A program made the translations under genes and the position numbers. A stretch of 58,114 bases of DNA, filler included, from Circinaria calcarea (taxonomy: Eukaryota), in assembly GCA_051942165.1 (NCBI GenBank). It is 3 parts of 3 records of this genome, joined end to end, with 100 filler letters (N's around TTAATTAATTAA, not from the genome) between each part and the next. Parts side by side here need not be neighbours in the genome. Positions count along the whole stretch, not along the records: positions 38,857 to 58,114 come from JAVECS010000213.1; 2 more parts are not named here. One strand, given 5' to 3'. The notes under the pieces are model-generated. The model saw only the letters and a program-made list of their open reading frames with translations. It made no database searches and was not told the origin of the DNA. This document shows positions 47,101 through 58,114 of the stretch, piece after piece. The first letter of the stretch is position 1. Every line of letters starts with the position of its first letter.

Positions 47101-48879
47101 TCCCCTTCGATTTGGCCGCAGTGGTTCAGGACTAGGCGGCGACCTTGGGCTTGTTCAAGCCCCCTGATCTTATCATCTCTTGCATCTTTTTTCATTCCAC
47201 ACCCACCATTAAGGCTTAGCGTGGGAGAGGAGTTGCCTCCCATCCAAGCCCAGCCACTGCATTACCACAGCGTCCCTGTCTAGCATCCAAAGGTACATAG
47301 CCAGCAATTCTCCGATCTCTGATCGACGCCTGGATGCGCGTCCATGGATGTAGGATAGGTTAAGACGTGACGTCTAGGGAGTGAAAGTTAGTTTTTCGGT
47401 TACTCGTACAAGCGATCTTCCAAGCGCATGGAAGGAATTTCGAAGCATCGATACAGGTACGTTGCATCAATCGTTTGCTTCCTTTGACCGGGATTGCTGT
47501 GGCTCTGTATACGCGCTCCGTTGGAAGAAGCGCTCGTCATTGGATCCTGGGAACCACCACGCATAATTGGCCGTTTCACCTGCGACTGCAGAACCTTGGG
47601 GATATGGAGTTCCGACTAGGATTGCCTGTGGCTTTGGACGCCCGTCCTACTCCGTAGGAAGGTTTGAGAGAGAGCTCGTCCAGTCTGAAGGCCAGCTTCG
47701 ATTTACAAGGATCTCGAATGGCTACTCGGGGCAAAAGAATTCGGGATGTTTGCGTTGTGCCGCATGTCGTATCAGCAGATCATCGACTGGCACATACGCA
47801 TGGCGTCGTCGGCGTCGTCAAACTACCGTGGATATTCGAGGCAAGCTGCCTGCAATGCCATAGGTCGATTGATGGGATCCTTATTACTCACATAAGCTTG
47901 ACGGTTCACGCCGTCGGTCCCGCTCTGGCCCAAGATTGGGCTTCAACACCTTTGGGTCCAATACGGAAGAATGGCACGGACCAGCCCGTTGAGCATCCAG
48001 ATCCCTCCGGTCGTTTTCCCAATCTCACGTCCACCAACATTCCTGCAGTCAACAACCCCACACACAAGCCCGGCATGGAGGGGGACTGATGGAGATAGCA
48101 GAACACACAGCAGCCACCGTGAAGAGTCCTCGATTCCCCTCTCAGCCGAAGCGTCTACTCGCTGCATCGCCTAGCGCGGCACCCCGGGAGAAGTTTATTG
48201 TGGTGGACGGATAGAGAGAGGTACGTACGGTAAACTGCAGATTTCGATTGGAGCCGCCGTGTCTGCGCTCGCTGTAGCAAATGCCCACCTAACATCCGGT
48301 TTGCCCTCCAGTTCCTCTGGGGATCCGCTTCTCTGCAATTTCGAGGTAGACGGATCTCGAGACCCACATCCCGGCCGAAGAGAAAATTACGAGGTATTCA
48401 AGTACGGGATCGGGATTACGTGTCAGGTATGCCATCTAAGTGTTATTTTCCCCAACTCCACTCAGTTCCGTCTGGATCCCTCTCCCCTTGCCAATCATAT
48501 CCACCAGTGCAAGGCCGTTCACCGTTCACCGGACTGCCGTATTGTTACTGACGGAGCCCTCGGCGGCCACCATTTAAAGTCCTCGCTTCTCTCTCGCTTC
48601 GAGCAAGCGACCGCGCCCAATTACGGTCCAGGGCTATTGAGCCGTTGGCAGTAACGCGCATATACAGACTAATACGGGTTAAAGGGCAGGGCCAGCTATC
48701 AGCTTGCCAGAGCAGCGTGAGCGTGACCGCACGGCGCGCACACACCTGCAAAGTAGATCCTCGACCTGACTGGTCAATATTCTTCGCTATCCTAGCCCTG
48801 AGGGTGACGGCCCCGCTGCCGACCACTCTAATCTTCGCCGGCATTTTCAATAATCAACCCTCACCGCCCACCTTGAAAA

Positions 48880-51010
48880 ATGTCGCAACAGAGTGCTGCG
48901 CAGTCGCGTCAACCCACTTCTTATCCCTCTCCGCACTCCTACCCATCGCCGACAATGTCCCCCTACGCGTACCCTCCGCCAACCTCGGGCCACGGCGTCG
49001 AGCCATATCGTGCCTCGCCGACCGGGTCGCACATCTCGTTGCCTTCCGTCAACACCCTACCTCCCATCCGGAACATCGACACCAGGTCGCCGTCGCAACC
49101 TCAGTCACAGAATCATCAAGCCTCATCAGCAGCGCAGCATGCGCAGCAGCAGACGAGCGGTCAAAATCCAATGGGGTCCCCATTACCTCCTCCTCCCATG
49201 ACGCAGAACATGACGCAGTACTATCACGCCCAGGTGCAATCGTTACCGCCTCCTGCGCAGCATATAAATGTCACCTCCGATCCCAATCAACCGATTCGAT
49301 ATCCTTTGCCAGCGGCCGATAACAGGATGATGTCGGGAGGGAGGCACAAGAAGGAGATCAAGCGGAGGACGAAGACTGGATGCCTGACATGTCGAAAGCG
49401 ACGCATTAAGGTACGACACTCTTACTCGTGCACGCAAACACCTCGGTGGTCCTTTGATGTCTTGCGCCTGCCATGCTTTCGATGGAATGTAGTTGCTTCG
49501 TTTAGCATTTACCGAGATCCAAAGTCTTTTGGGGTCGGTTAAGGCCGATCAAGCGAGATGCTGTCGCTTCGTTCGTTCTTGCGATCAGTGAAACCTTCTA
49601 TACAACTCTGGTCTTCAATCACTGACACATCTTTTCCTTTTCCATAGTGTGACGAACTCCATCCAATTTGTCGAAACTGCATAAAGAGCAAGCGAGAGTG
49701 CGCAGGCTACGATCCGATTTTCAAGCCACAGCCTGGACCTGCAGCTATCCAGCCTGCGCCGAGTTCTGCTCCCTCGATGCAACCCACGTCGGCAAGTTCT
49801 TCGCAATACCCACCTCCCCCGCAAGGCTACATGCCAGTAGCCGCACAGCCATATGCCCCAAGCTTGACCGCTGGTGTAAACTCACCAGGCTCGTCGGCGG
49901 AACCATATGACTACAGTGCGGCCATAGACCCGGCCTTGGAGGGTGCTGGTACATCACAAATGCAAGTTCCAATTTCTTATGATGGGACACTGGATATCCG
50001 ACAAGGAGGTATGCATAATGGCAACTTTTCCTAGCTGTAGCGTAGCACCTCATCCTCACGGCGTTTACCTGTGTCTTGCTCAGATCATGTTTTAGATAGG
50101 ATGAGATTGTTAACACGTCTTATCAGTAGCTAAACCGACTAAGATCGAAGATCTTCTGCTGGCCAACGGCGTTCCTCCTCCAACCGTCTCCACACCTACA
50201 TCCATTCCCCCATCTGCCTATGAAGAGATTAAGAATGTCTACTCCACTATTTATGCTGGCGCTATCGATAAGTTCTTAGAGACTCGATGGTTCACGACGC
50301 GGGGCTTGATACATTTAAAAAAGAACAGCCACCTGTGCGAACAGTATGCGACCCTTATCAATAGGTTCAGTTCTAAGCTCCCTACCGATTTCCCTCACCA
50401 CGCAACCCTGAGTTTAGAGTCGACGGTCATCTGGTCTACCATGTGTATGTGTCGCGAAGTCTCGGCCGCCGTAGCGGCTAGCAACGAGCAAAACATTGAA
50501 GTCACGGAAGGCGTCCACGAGGCGAGCAAGCGGCTGGATGTCCTTGAGACATTAGTGACGAACCAATACCACGATGGCGAAACCCTTGCTCACCCTACAT
50601 CATCTACCCCGCGGAATGTTCCTGTGCTCAATGAACAACTTAAATACCGCGAACGCGAGTTCTGGCGGCTGATCAGCAAATTTGTCACCCTCCATGATGA
50701 TGAAGCTTCTTCGGCAAAGGAGATTGACGACACTCTTACCTCTTGCCGCCATCTCCTTGATAGCCGAGAAAACCGGGATGTCATATACAGCATCGCGATC
50801 GCTAGACATGTCGGACAGCGTATGGCAGAAGCTCATGGCGCAGGCAACGAACCTATCAAGGGAAAGGAGATGAACGATGAAGCGGACGGAAGACAAAAGT
50901 TGCTCGTTGCCAAGAATTTTATTCATGCCCAGGCGACAGGGAAAGGTACTACGCAAGTGGTGCAAAGGGTCTGCGAGATGGCAATCCGGAGCTGGGCTGG
51001 GGGGAGGTAA
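48880..51010 (+). CDS. Zn(II)2Cys6 transcription factor (OefC/Wor2-like subfamily, tentative); exons 48880..49410, 49648..50008, 50130(or 50127)..51010
   Basis: P/Q-rich N-terminus, then MSGGRHKKEIKRRTKTGCLTCRKRRIK|CDELHPICRNCIKSKRECAGYDPIFK (six Cys split by intron 49411-49647). The C-terminal domain contains LLDSRENRDVIYSIAIARHVGQR. Confidence 0.88.
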
Positions 51011-51747
51011 AAGGAAAGGATTGCAGTCCGCAAGGGGAATGTGCTCACAAACCGCTGTATTCTCAGAACGCCTTTGGTTGACAGACCCACACGAACATCC
51101 CTGCTTGGCTGACTATGAAAGATTTCACAACGAAGCGTACTTCTAGACGATGGAGCGGATCACTTCTTTACTTGCCTGCTTGCCAGCTCTCACCCCAGCC
51201 GAACAAAAAGCCTCGGTAATCTACACTTGCTAGGTACCGTTTTCTTTTCGCCAGGCCCGAACGGCCTTTGGATGAGATTTACGTCCCGAGCAGCAAACCC
51301 CTACTCGGGTACATTTCCTGGCATACCCCCAAAATCATTGTATTTTTAACAAAGATCAAAAAACTCGGTGTTCCGCTAGCCGTCAGCGATGGGAAGCGGG
51401 ATAGGCTCGCTGGCCTAACCATGTTGCCTCTGAATGAGCAGCAAGATGATTGGTAGCCAGCCTAGAACATGTAACACCTACTTTAATCCCCAAAAAAAAA
51501 AAAAAACTCCATGTCAATGATGATGAGCATTTGGTACTTACTGATGTGGTAATAATAAGCCTCCAGGATTTCTGTGAGACACATACGTGATTAGAAGCAT
51601 TACTACCTAAGGGAGGGAATCCTTCCTCTCCAGGCTTTTCCCCACGGGTATCACTGAACGACGCTTCGGAAAGTCAAAACGGCTCCGCTATATAGTTAAA
51701 ACGCCATCACAATGCATACCCCAAAAAAAGTTCATTTTATCTTTCCA

Positions 51748-53056
51748 TCATCCATTCATCTGGCTCGCTCGTAAGTATCTCGTAAAGCTATGATCGTCAT
51801 TCGATGGCCCCGCCTTCCCTCCCCCTTCCTCCGCCAACGCCGCCTTATACCTCTGCGTCAGCCCTCCATCCTCTGCTTCCCCGCCCTCTTCCTCTTCGTC
51901 GTCGTCGCCGTCGTCAGGGTCCGTTATTTCGGCTTCGACTTCCGAGTCTTCCATGTCGCTGAGGCTGCCTCCGTCTTGCAGTTTTGCAGCGCGGGCGGCT
52001 TTGAATCCACCCGTGGTGTTTTTGGCAGAGGAGGAGGACACGTTCAGATCTTTCATCAGCTTGCCGAGTTCTTTTTCCCTGCGGCTGGACTTGGCGGCTT
52101 GGCGTTCTTTTTGCCGGCGCTCAAGCTCGGGTTTATAATCGCGCGTGTACTCTGCTGCTTTCTCGTCGACGGCTTCGAAGAACTCGGTTATGCCCTTTCC
52201 CGTCATGGCACTCACGCCGACGACGCTGAGGTGGCGGTAGAATTCTTCGAGCATGAGACTCATGCTGTTGAGGAGGGAACCCATGTATCCGCTCCCCCCA
52301 CCGAAGCCACCGTTCCCGCCTTCCATCCCGCCAAAACTGCCCATTTCCTCCTCGCGCCGGAGCGCGCCTTGGAAGGCTTCAAAGTCCGTCATCCATTCCT
52401 GCGCGAAGGCGGCGTCTTGGACGTCGGTTTTGTTGAAGACGAGGATCATGGGCAGTTTGGTTTTATAGAGGATGCTGCAGGCGTAGAGCATGTTGCTCAT
52501 GAAGGTACTGGTGGAATTGGTGCGCGGCGTATCGATCACGTAAGCAATTACGGTGGGGAAGCTGGAGGCGAGAGAGTCGAGGAGGATGCTGCCTGAGGCA
52601 CTCCAGACGAAGACTTCGATCTGCCCCGGGGTGTCGACTAGGATGTGCTTGATGGTTTTTGCCGTGGGGGTTTCAGGATTGGGGGCGGTGCGTTTCTCTA
52701 GGAGGGCGAGGATCTGGTCAATTTTGGTGGCGAATAGGTTGAGGGAAGTAAGGATGCCGCCGTTGGGGCCGAGGTTGTATTGCTTCATGACTTCTTTGTA
52801 GTTTATCGAATCCCGGATGTCGATGTTGCTGTCGAAGGGGACGGTGCGGACAGCGGGGTCAAGGTTTATTACGTAGGGAGGGGAGCGCTGCGAGTGGAGG
52901 TGGGAATTGATCCGTTGCATGAATGTGGTTTTGCCTGAACCTATGAGGGCATGATCTGTTAGTATACATGCTTCGGTCCATCGCGGGGTGGAGGGGAGGC
53001 GCTGTAGTTTTACCGGCCATGCCAATGCAGACTATTGCTACAGGTGTCGTCGCCAT
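51748..53056 (-). CDS. NPA3: GPN-loop GTPase 1 (Npa3/Gpn1); exons 53056..53014, 52940..51748
   Basis: [37 protein letters not shown] (GPN loop), [20 protein letters not shown]; acidic tail. Confidence 0.95.
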
Positions 53057-53252
53057 AATAAAAGACTTGCGATTGACCTGTCTTGCCTGAATGCCAGCAG
53101 AGATTAAAACGTAGGTATGAGAATGAGAGTGTTGATTACAGACCAGGTCCGCGATCAATCCGGATAGTGAAATAAAATAACTCGCTTCGCTTAAACCGCT
53201 AAGAAAGTTTGCCTATGACGAACTTCGTAGTCTCGAGGATGAGTTGTGAGCA

Positions 53253-55471
53253 ATGACGCTAGAAGACTTTGAAAAATCTTTGGGGAAGGAAGGAAGAGAA
53301 CAGGAAGGGTCTGACGGGCGAAGGCGTCAAGAAAAGGGCAGAGAACGTAGAAAGCATCACCACAAGCACCGTCGTGAACATCGCGAAAGGGGGGAGGACC
53401 AGCACAGGCACAAGAGACGGAGGCATTCCAAGGATGATGAAGGCCACATTCATGACAGCCGAAGATCTAGACACGAAAAGGAGTCCAATGGCCTCAAACG
53501 AGAGATTTCAGCCGAACAGGAAGACGAATGGGTAGAGAAGGGAACAGAAATCGCTCCACCTACAGAGGAAGTCAACGATGCTCGCTCTACAACCTCAACG
53601 GCTGAAAGGAAGCGAGATACTTGGATGGAGGACCCTGCTGCTATAGACATAGATTACGTGCAAATGGCTGTGAAAAAGGATACAGAGCTGGCTACATCCC
53701 GGCCAGGAAAGCCAGACTTCGATCTTAAGATTCATGAGAATGAACTCAACAAGCATCATCTACAAAGTCTCGCCGACGGCAACGATATTCCGGGTGAAAT
53801 TATCAACGAGCCGGCACAGCATGAGGTAAATTACACTTTTGGGGATGCTGGAGCACAATGGCGGATGACGAAGCTCAAAAGTGTATACAGGCAGGCAGAA
53901 GAGTCCGGCGAATCTATCGACGATTTGGCGCTGGAGCGTTATGGAGATCTGAGGGCATTTGATGACGCACGGGAGGAGGAGATCGAATTGGGGAGAAGGG
54001 AGACTTATGGGGAAGATTACGTTGGAAAGGAAAAGCCTAGCGGAGAGCTTTTCCAGGAACGCAAGCTGGATTTGGGCATTCGGCAAGACCATCATCACAC
54101 TTCAGATAAGGAGGAGATACCGCCGGCCAAGATTGAAGTTGTGGACGATGTGGAACCACCATCTCGCGCTGTTCAATTAGATCAAACTACTCTCAATCGC
54201 CTCAAAGCCCAGATGATGAAGGCTAAATTACGAGGCTCTCCAAACGCTCCGTCCTTGGAAGCTGAATACAACCTTACTGCCGCAGGTTTCACGAACCGTA
54301 ATCAGTCTGATCTTGTTATCCTGGGTACCATGGAGAACAGAATGCTTGCTGGAGGCCGAAAAGGGGAAGTCAAGAACGTTGAAAACAGACGAGGCCTTGA
54401 AAGAGGGCTAGTGGAAGAGAACGAAGACATGAGTATTGAGGACATGGTTCGTGAGGAAAGAAGGACACGCGGTCAAGCTGGCGGGGAAGGACAGCGATTT
54501 GCAGAGCGTATTGCTAAGGATGCAAAGTTTGACGTAAGTGCTCAGAACTGCATTTGGAAGAGCGAAGGGGGACTAATTTTCTATCTCATAGAACGATTTG
54601 GATTACATGGACGAAAACGCCTTCAAACTCGCCAAGCGCGTCCACAAGTCAGAGATTAACCTTCGCAACACCGCTATATCCGACTATCAGAAACTGAACC
54701 GCATCCTTGACAACTGCCCCCTCTGCCATCACGAGGACACTGGTATTTCTCCTATTGCTCCTGTAGTATCTCTAGCAACAAGAACGTACCTCACCCTCCT
54801 GCCCGAACCTGAAATCAGCCCTGGTGGCGCCTGCATAGTCCCTATCCAACATCATACCAACCTCCTCGACTGCGATGACGATGAGTGGGAAGAAATCAGG
54901 GTATGCCCTCAGCTGTTCCCCCTTATTGAGAAAAGACTATCGTGGCTAATACATCACTTCTTGCCAGAATTTTATGAAATCCGTCACCCGCATGTACCAC
55001 TCCCGCTCCCTCTCGGTCCTCTTCTACGAAAACGCCGCTCATCCCCACACGCACCCCCACGCCCTACTAAACGTAATTCCACTCCCCGCCTCTATCCTCC
55101 CAACCGCCCCCGCTTTCTTCCGCGAAGCCATTCTCTCTTCCTCTCCCGAATGGTCCCAGCATCGCAAATTGATTGATACCCTTTCCGCCGCCAAGAAGGG
55201 GTTGGGGAAGAATGCGTTCCGACGGAGTCTAGTGAAGCAAGCACCCTATTTCCATGTTTGGTTTGAGCTCGATGGTGGTATGGGACATGTGGTTGAGGAG
55301 GGATGGCCTGGAGGAGATCGCTTTGCGAGGGAGGTTTTGGGAGGGATGTTGGGGGTGGATGTGGGCGTTGTGAGAGCAAAGGGGAGGTGGGAGAAGGGAG
55401 ATCGGAGGGTGGAGAGTTTCAGGAAGGGATGGGAGAAGTGGGACTGGACGAAGGTGCTGTTGGACGGGTGA
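53253..55471 (+). CDS. CWF19: Spliceosome-associated Cwf19 / CWF19L2 (CwfJ C-terminal domains); exons 53253..54533, 54592..54900, 54968..55471
   Basis: YTFGDAGAQWRMTKL, EDMSIEDMVREERRT, CPLCHHED, IVPIQHH...DDDEWEEIR|NFMKS, FYENAAHP, EWSQHRKLIDT, PYFHVWFELDGGMGHVVE, WEKWDWTKVL. Divergent from NPA3 with ~200 bp between them. Confidence 0.9.
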
Positions 55472-56154
55472 GGAGGGTGGATTTGATATCCATGGAGGTT
55501 AGCTCTAGATTATTGAATGCGCGCACCTGCGAAGTGAGAAAGCTTAGTTGCTACCGATTGGGGTATGGATGTAAGATTCGCTTGGCATGATCAATCATCC
55601 AATGGTATGCTTAGCGTACACCAATTCATTGCGCCTTTTTCTTGTTTTGTGCTTCTAGTAGCCTCCCAGTTGAGTTAAGCGTGGCATATGTGAAGCTTGT
55701 AGCCTAATTAATCTTCACCTCCTCCGAGCGTCTATTACTTGATTCAAAAAACTTAAATATATTATGCGTATTAACAGCCGACGGACTTTCTATAATGTGT
55801 AGCTAATCACGCTGTTAATACACTTCTATCATAGTTGTAAGGAAATCTTTGACGACAACATCTTCCAAGTTTCTGACGTTTGATAACACATTATTCCTAC
55901 ATGATTACATGAGGAAGCCTTCAGAGCTGTATATGCTAATTAGGCTGGGGATATTTGCATTCTTACTTCGAATTAGCGTTCCTCCATGCGTTGCTCGTGC
56001 GTGTGACGGTCAAGTGAATACAGAAAATCTTCTTTGCTTGGATATTTCCCATATGTTAGTGGTTCCGTCTGCTTATATTAGCTCGTGCTTCAATTTCATA
56101 GACTGTATCATTGCTGCGGACTTTCAAAAATTTGCTTACACCAAATATACTCCA

Positions 56155-58114
56155 ATGACCTATTCACGTCCCAGCACCTTCCAACAATCTGATGGAAGTC
56201 CCGCAGAAGATATCGTTGGAGAAATGAGCATTGAAGCCTACATCGACAGATTGGACAGCTTCAGGTCAAGCTCAGCGCCATTTCATTACCCACTTCCTCT
56301 AATGGCGGAGCTACTTGACACTGAGACCTACGAGCATTGGAATGCAGTGGGAGTCCCCCTCCGACCTAAGATCACCGAAATTCTCAAGTCTTACGACGTA
56401 CAACATACTAGGTGGTGGCTCCGAGTATACAACTTCTCTAAACCGGGCTACCCCAATGGCGTGCTAAAGATGCCTACCGTAAGAGTTGAGCTTGAAGGTT
56501 CAAAGGGGAGGAATTTTGGAGTCGCTAGGGATGCCATTCTTCATCTGCTTAGGCAACATGGTCTCAGTGAATTTCATGTGGAACTTATTGACCTTGAGCG
56601 TTGCTTCGAACCTTCACTCTTCCCCCTTGGTCCAGAACGTGCAAGTGTGAAGTCCTACAATGCTATCAGAGATGAGCTTGCTGCGCTTATATCCCTGAGG
56701 TTGAAGTTGCGATGGTCTGCTATGTGCATCTTCCTGGTTGGGAAGACAGAGAATCTAGCAAGACCAACCATCGTCGTCATGGTAATACCCCTCACTACCT
56801 ACAACTGGAATAATCTTACTGCGGAAGTGAACGAAGTAATCCGGCCCAAAATGCCCCCCGGTGAATCTCTAGGAATTGGATTCCTGCCTGGAGACCGTGG
56901 CCTACTGACCGGCGAACGTGAGGAGCATCATGGTAAGTCATTTGCTTATGAAGATTTCAAGTATTTATCGCCCGATAGTAGTATGGGTATCAGGAATGGG
57001 ATAGGTGGCGGAACAGTGGGAGGCTTTGTTGATCTGACTTGCAACGGTGTCACTCGTCGTGGTATCCTCACGAATTATCATGTCGTTGCACCATTAGAGT
57101 CGGCTCCTGCACAGGTGCGACGACAAGCCGATAGATATGGATCAAGTCTCTTCCGGCAAGACCCTACCAGGACAACAGCCATCTTTATGGCGCTCCCGGA
57201 TATAGCTGCTACTAGAAAGCATCTGGAGGAGACAGCTTCTATACTTATGATAAAATCGGAGGAGATCCGCGAGGAACAAAGACTTAGGATAGCTGCGGGA
57301 GCTAGGCCCTTGGAGATGCATGAAATTCAGCTGCGAAATAGGGGAACAGAGCTTTACCAGAGGACGAGTAAGCTGAAGGCGTTGGAAAAGATGCCTTACA
57401 TGGTAGGGAATCTTCTTGTCTCCTCAGGCAAGCTCATGATCAGCCCTCGAGTTGACAGGAGTATCTTCCTTGATTGGGCTTTCATCGAACTATCAGCGGA
57501 TATCCCTCTACAACAACGTCGCAATGAGCTTCCAAAGAAAAAGAGTGCAGGATTGCATGGCAAGAACCCACAGGCTTATGGCATCGATGAAACTTATGTT
57601 GGGGACGCAGCGACATGTCCCATCCTAGGTTTTTCGAAGATTGAACCAGGAGAGTGGTACTTCAAGAATGGTCGAACTACGGGCATAACTACCGGCATCT
57701 GTCACGGCATAGAGCTTTACACTCCTCGGAGTGGGAATGATCTTGTGCGGTACGACACAGAAGGTAAAGAGGTTAAGGTCACAAACGGCATCATGAAAGA
57801 ATGGGTTATCCTAAACAGACGACTTCACGGCACTAGTACACAAAACGAGTTCTGCATGCAAGGGGACTCCGGCGCTTTCGTGATCAATAGCCGGGGCGAG
57901 GTTGCCGGTCTGTTGTATGGTTATCTGCATGGATTTTGTGGACCGCCCTCTGAGGATTCCGAAGAAGGTAGAGCCTACGTCAACGCCGGCCTGGTAACGT
58001 CGATGGATGATGTGTTGGCCTCTATCGCGGATAAGACAACACCCCGAGACGGCAACCAACGACCGACAGGCCCGCCTGGAGTTCTGAGTCTACCAAGTTG
58101 GCCAATGATAATAG
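56155..58114 (+). CDS. Trypsin/chymotrypsin-fold (PA clan; Ssy5/S64- or Nal1-like) serine protease with a long N-terminal pro-region, 3'-partial (>=653 aa, no intron seen)
   Basis: Not in the ORF track because there is no stop before the window end. Hand translation from ATG 56155 is open throughout: GGGTVGGFV...ILTNYHVV (His, 57079), FLDWAFIEL (Asp, 57472), FKNGRTTGITTG, FCMQGDSGAFVI...VAGLLYG (Ser, 57868). Confidence 0.85.
   Translation, partial: MTYSRPSTFQQSDGSPAEDIVGEMSIEAYIDRLDSFRSSSAPFHYPLPLMAELLDTETYEHWNAVGVPLRPKITEILKSYDVQHTRWWLRVYNFSKPGYPNGVLKMPTVRVELEGSKGRNFGVARDAILHLLRQHGLSEFHVELIDLERCFEPSLFPLGPERASVKSYNAIRDELAALISLRLKLRWSAMCIFLVGKTENLARPTIVVMVIPLTTYNWNNLTAEVNEVIRPKMPPGESLGIGFLPGDRGLLTGEREEHHGKSFAYEDFKYLSPDSSMGIRNGIGGGTVGGFVDLTCNGVTRRGILTNYHVVAPLESAPAQVRRQADRYGSSLFRQDPTRTTAIFMALPDIAATRKHLEETASILMIKSEEIREEQRLRIAAGARPLEMHEIQLRNRGTELYQRTSKLKALEKMPYMVGNLLVSSGKLMISPRVDRSIFLDWAFIELSADIPLQQRRNELPKKKSAGLHGKNPQAYGIDETYVGDAATCPILGFSKIEPGEWYFKNGRTTGITTGICHGIELYTPRSGNDLVRYDTEGKEVKVTNGIMKEWVILNRRLHGTSTQNEFCMQGDSGAFVINSRGEVAGLLYGYLHGFCGPPSEDSEEGRAYVNAGLVTSMDDVLASIADKTTPRDGNQRPTGPPGVLSLPSWPMII

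Noticed and set aside
48645..49322. 225-aa ORF overlapping the start of the Zn2Cys6 gene in another frame
   Set aside because: Starts at TTG, has no domain signal, and is an alternate-frame product of a C-rich, low-complexity exon.
1..58114. CRISPR arrays, rRNA genes, intact transposase/reverse transcriptase or Starship captain recombinase
   Set aside because: None seen; the sequence is fungal nuclear DNA and no such motifs were found in the ORFs read.

Overview
Eukaryotic, intron-containing DNA from a filamentous ascomycete (Pezizomycotina). Evidence: short GT-AG introns with CTRAY branch sites and fungal-type orthologues; a lichen-forming Lecanoromycete is a guess only. The window is three contigs joined by two artificial 100-nt linkers (N44-TTAATTAATTAA-N44 at 19376-19475 and 38757-38856), so adjacency across them is unproven. 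Contig 1 (1-19375) is accessory-like: a convergent pair of paralogous genes of unknown function flanking a sulfotransferase-like P-loop gene, a MITE-like foldback element, an intronless Fic-domain gene with a mitochondrial-type presequence, about 6.5 kb of decayed sequence, and a gap-truncated MFS transporter with an AT instead of GT splice donor. Contig 2 (19476-38756) is a compact housekeeping block (LSM6, tRNA-Thr(CGU), MDM31, PNO1, PRE7, HCNGP/SAP30BP-like, PRE4, M16 metalloprotease). It is followed by a Crinkler-type Cys/His header + P-loop NTPase + restriction-endonuclease-fold gene, bracketed by a hairpin array and a RIP-like island, and then the 5' part of a ZW10/DSL1-like gene. Contig 3 (38857-58114) holds NAT1, an alpha/beta hydrolase, a Zn2Cys6 factor with a long upstream region, NPA3/GPN1, CWF19 and an intronless trypsin-fold serine protease ORF that the ORF track missed because it runs off the window end. 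All calls come from reading and translating by hand; no database searches were run.
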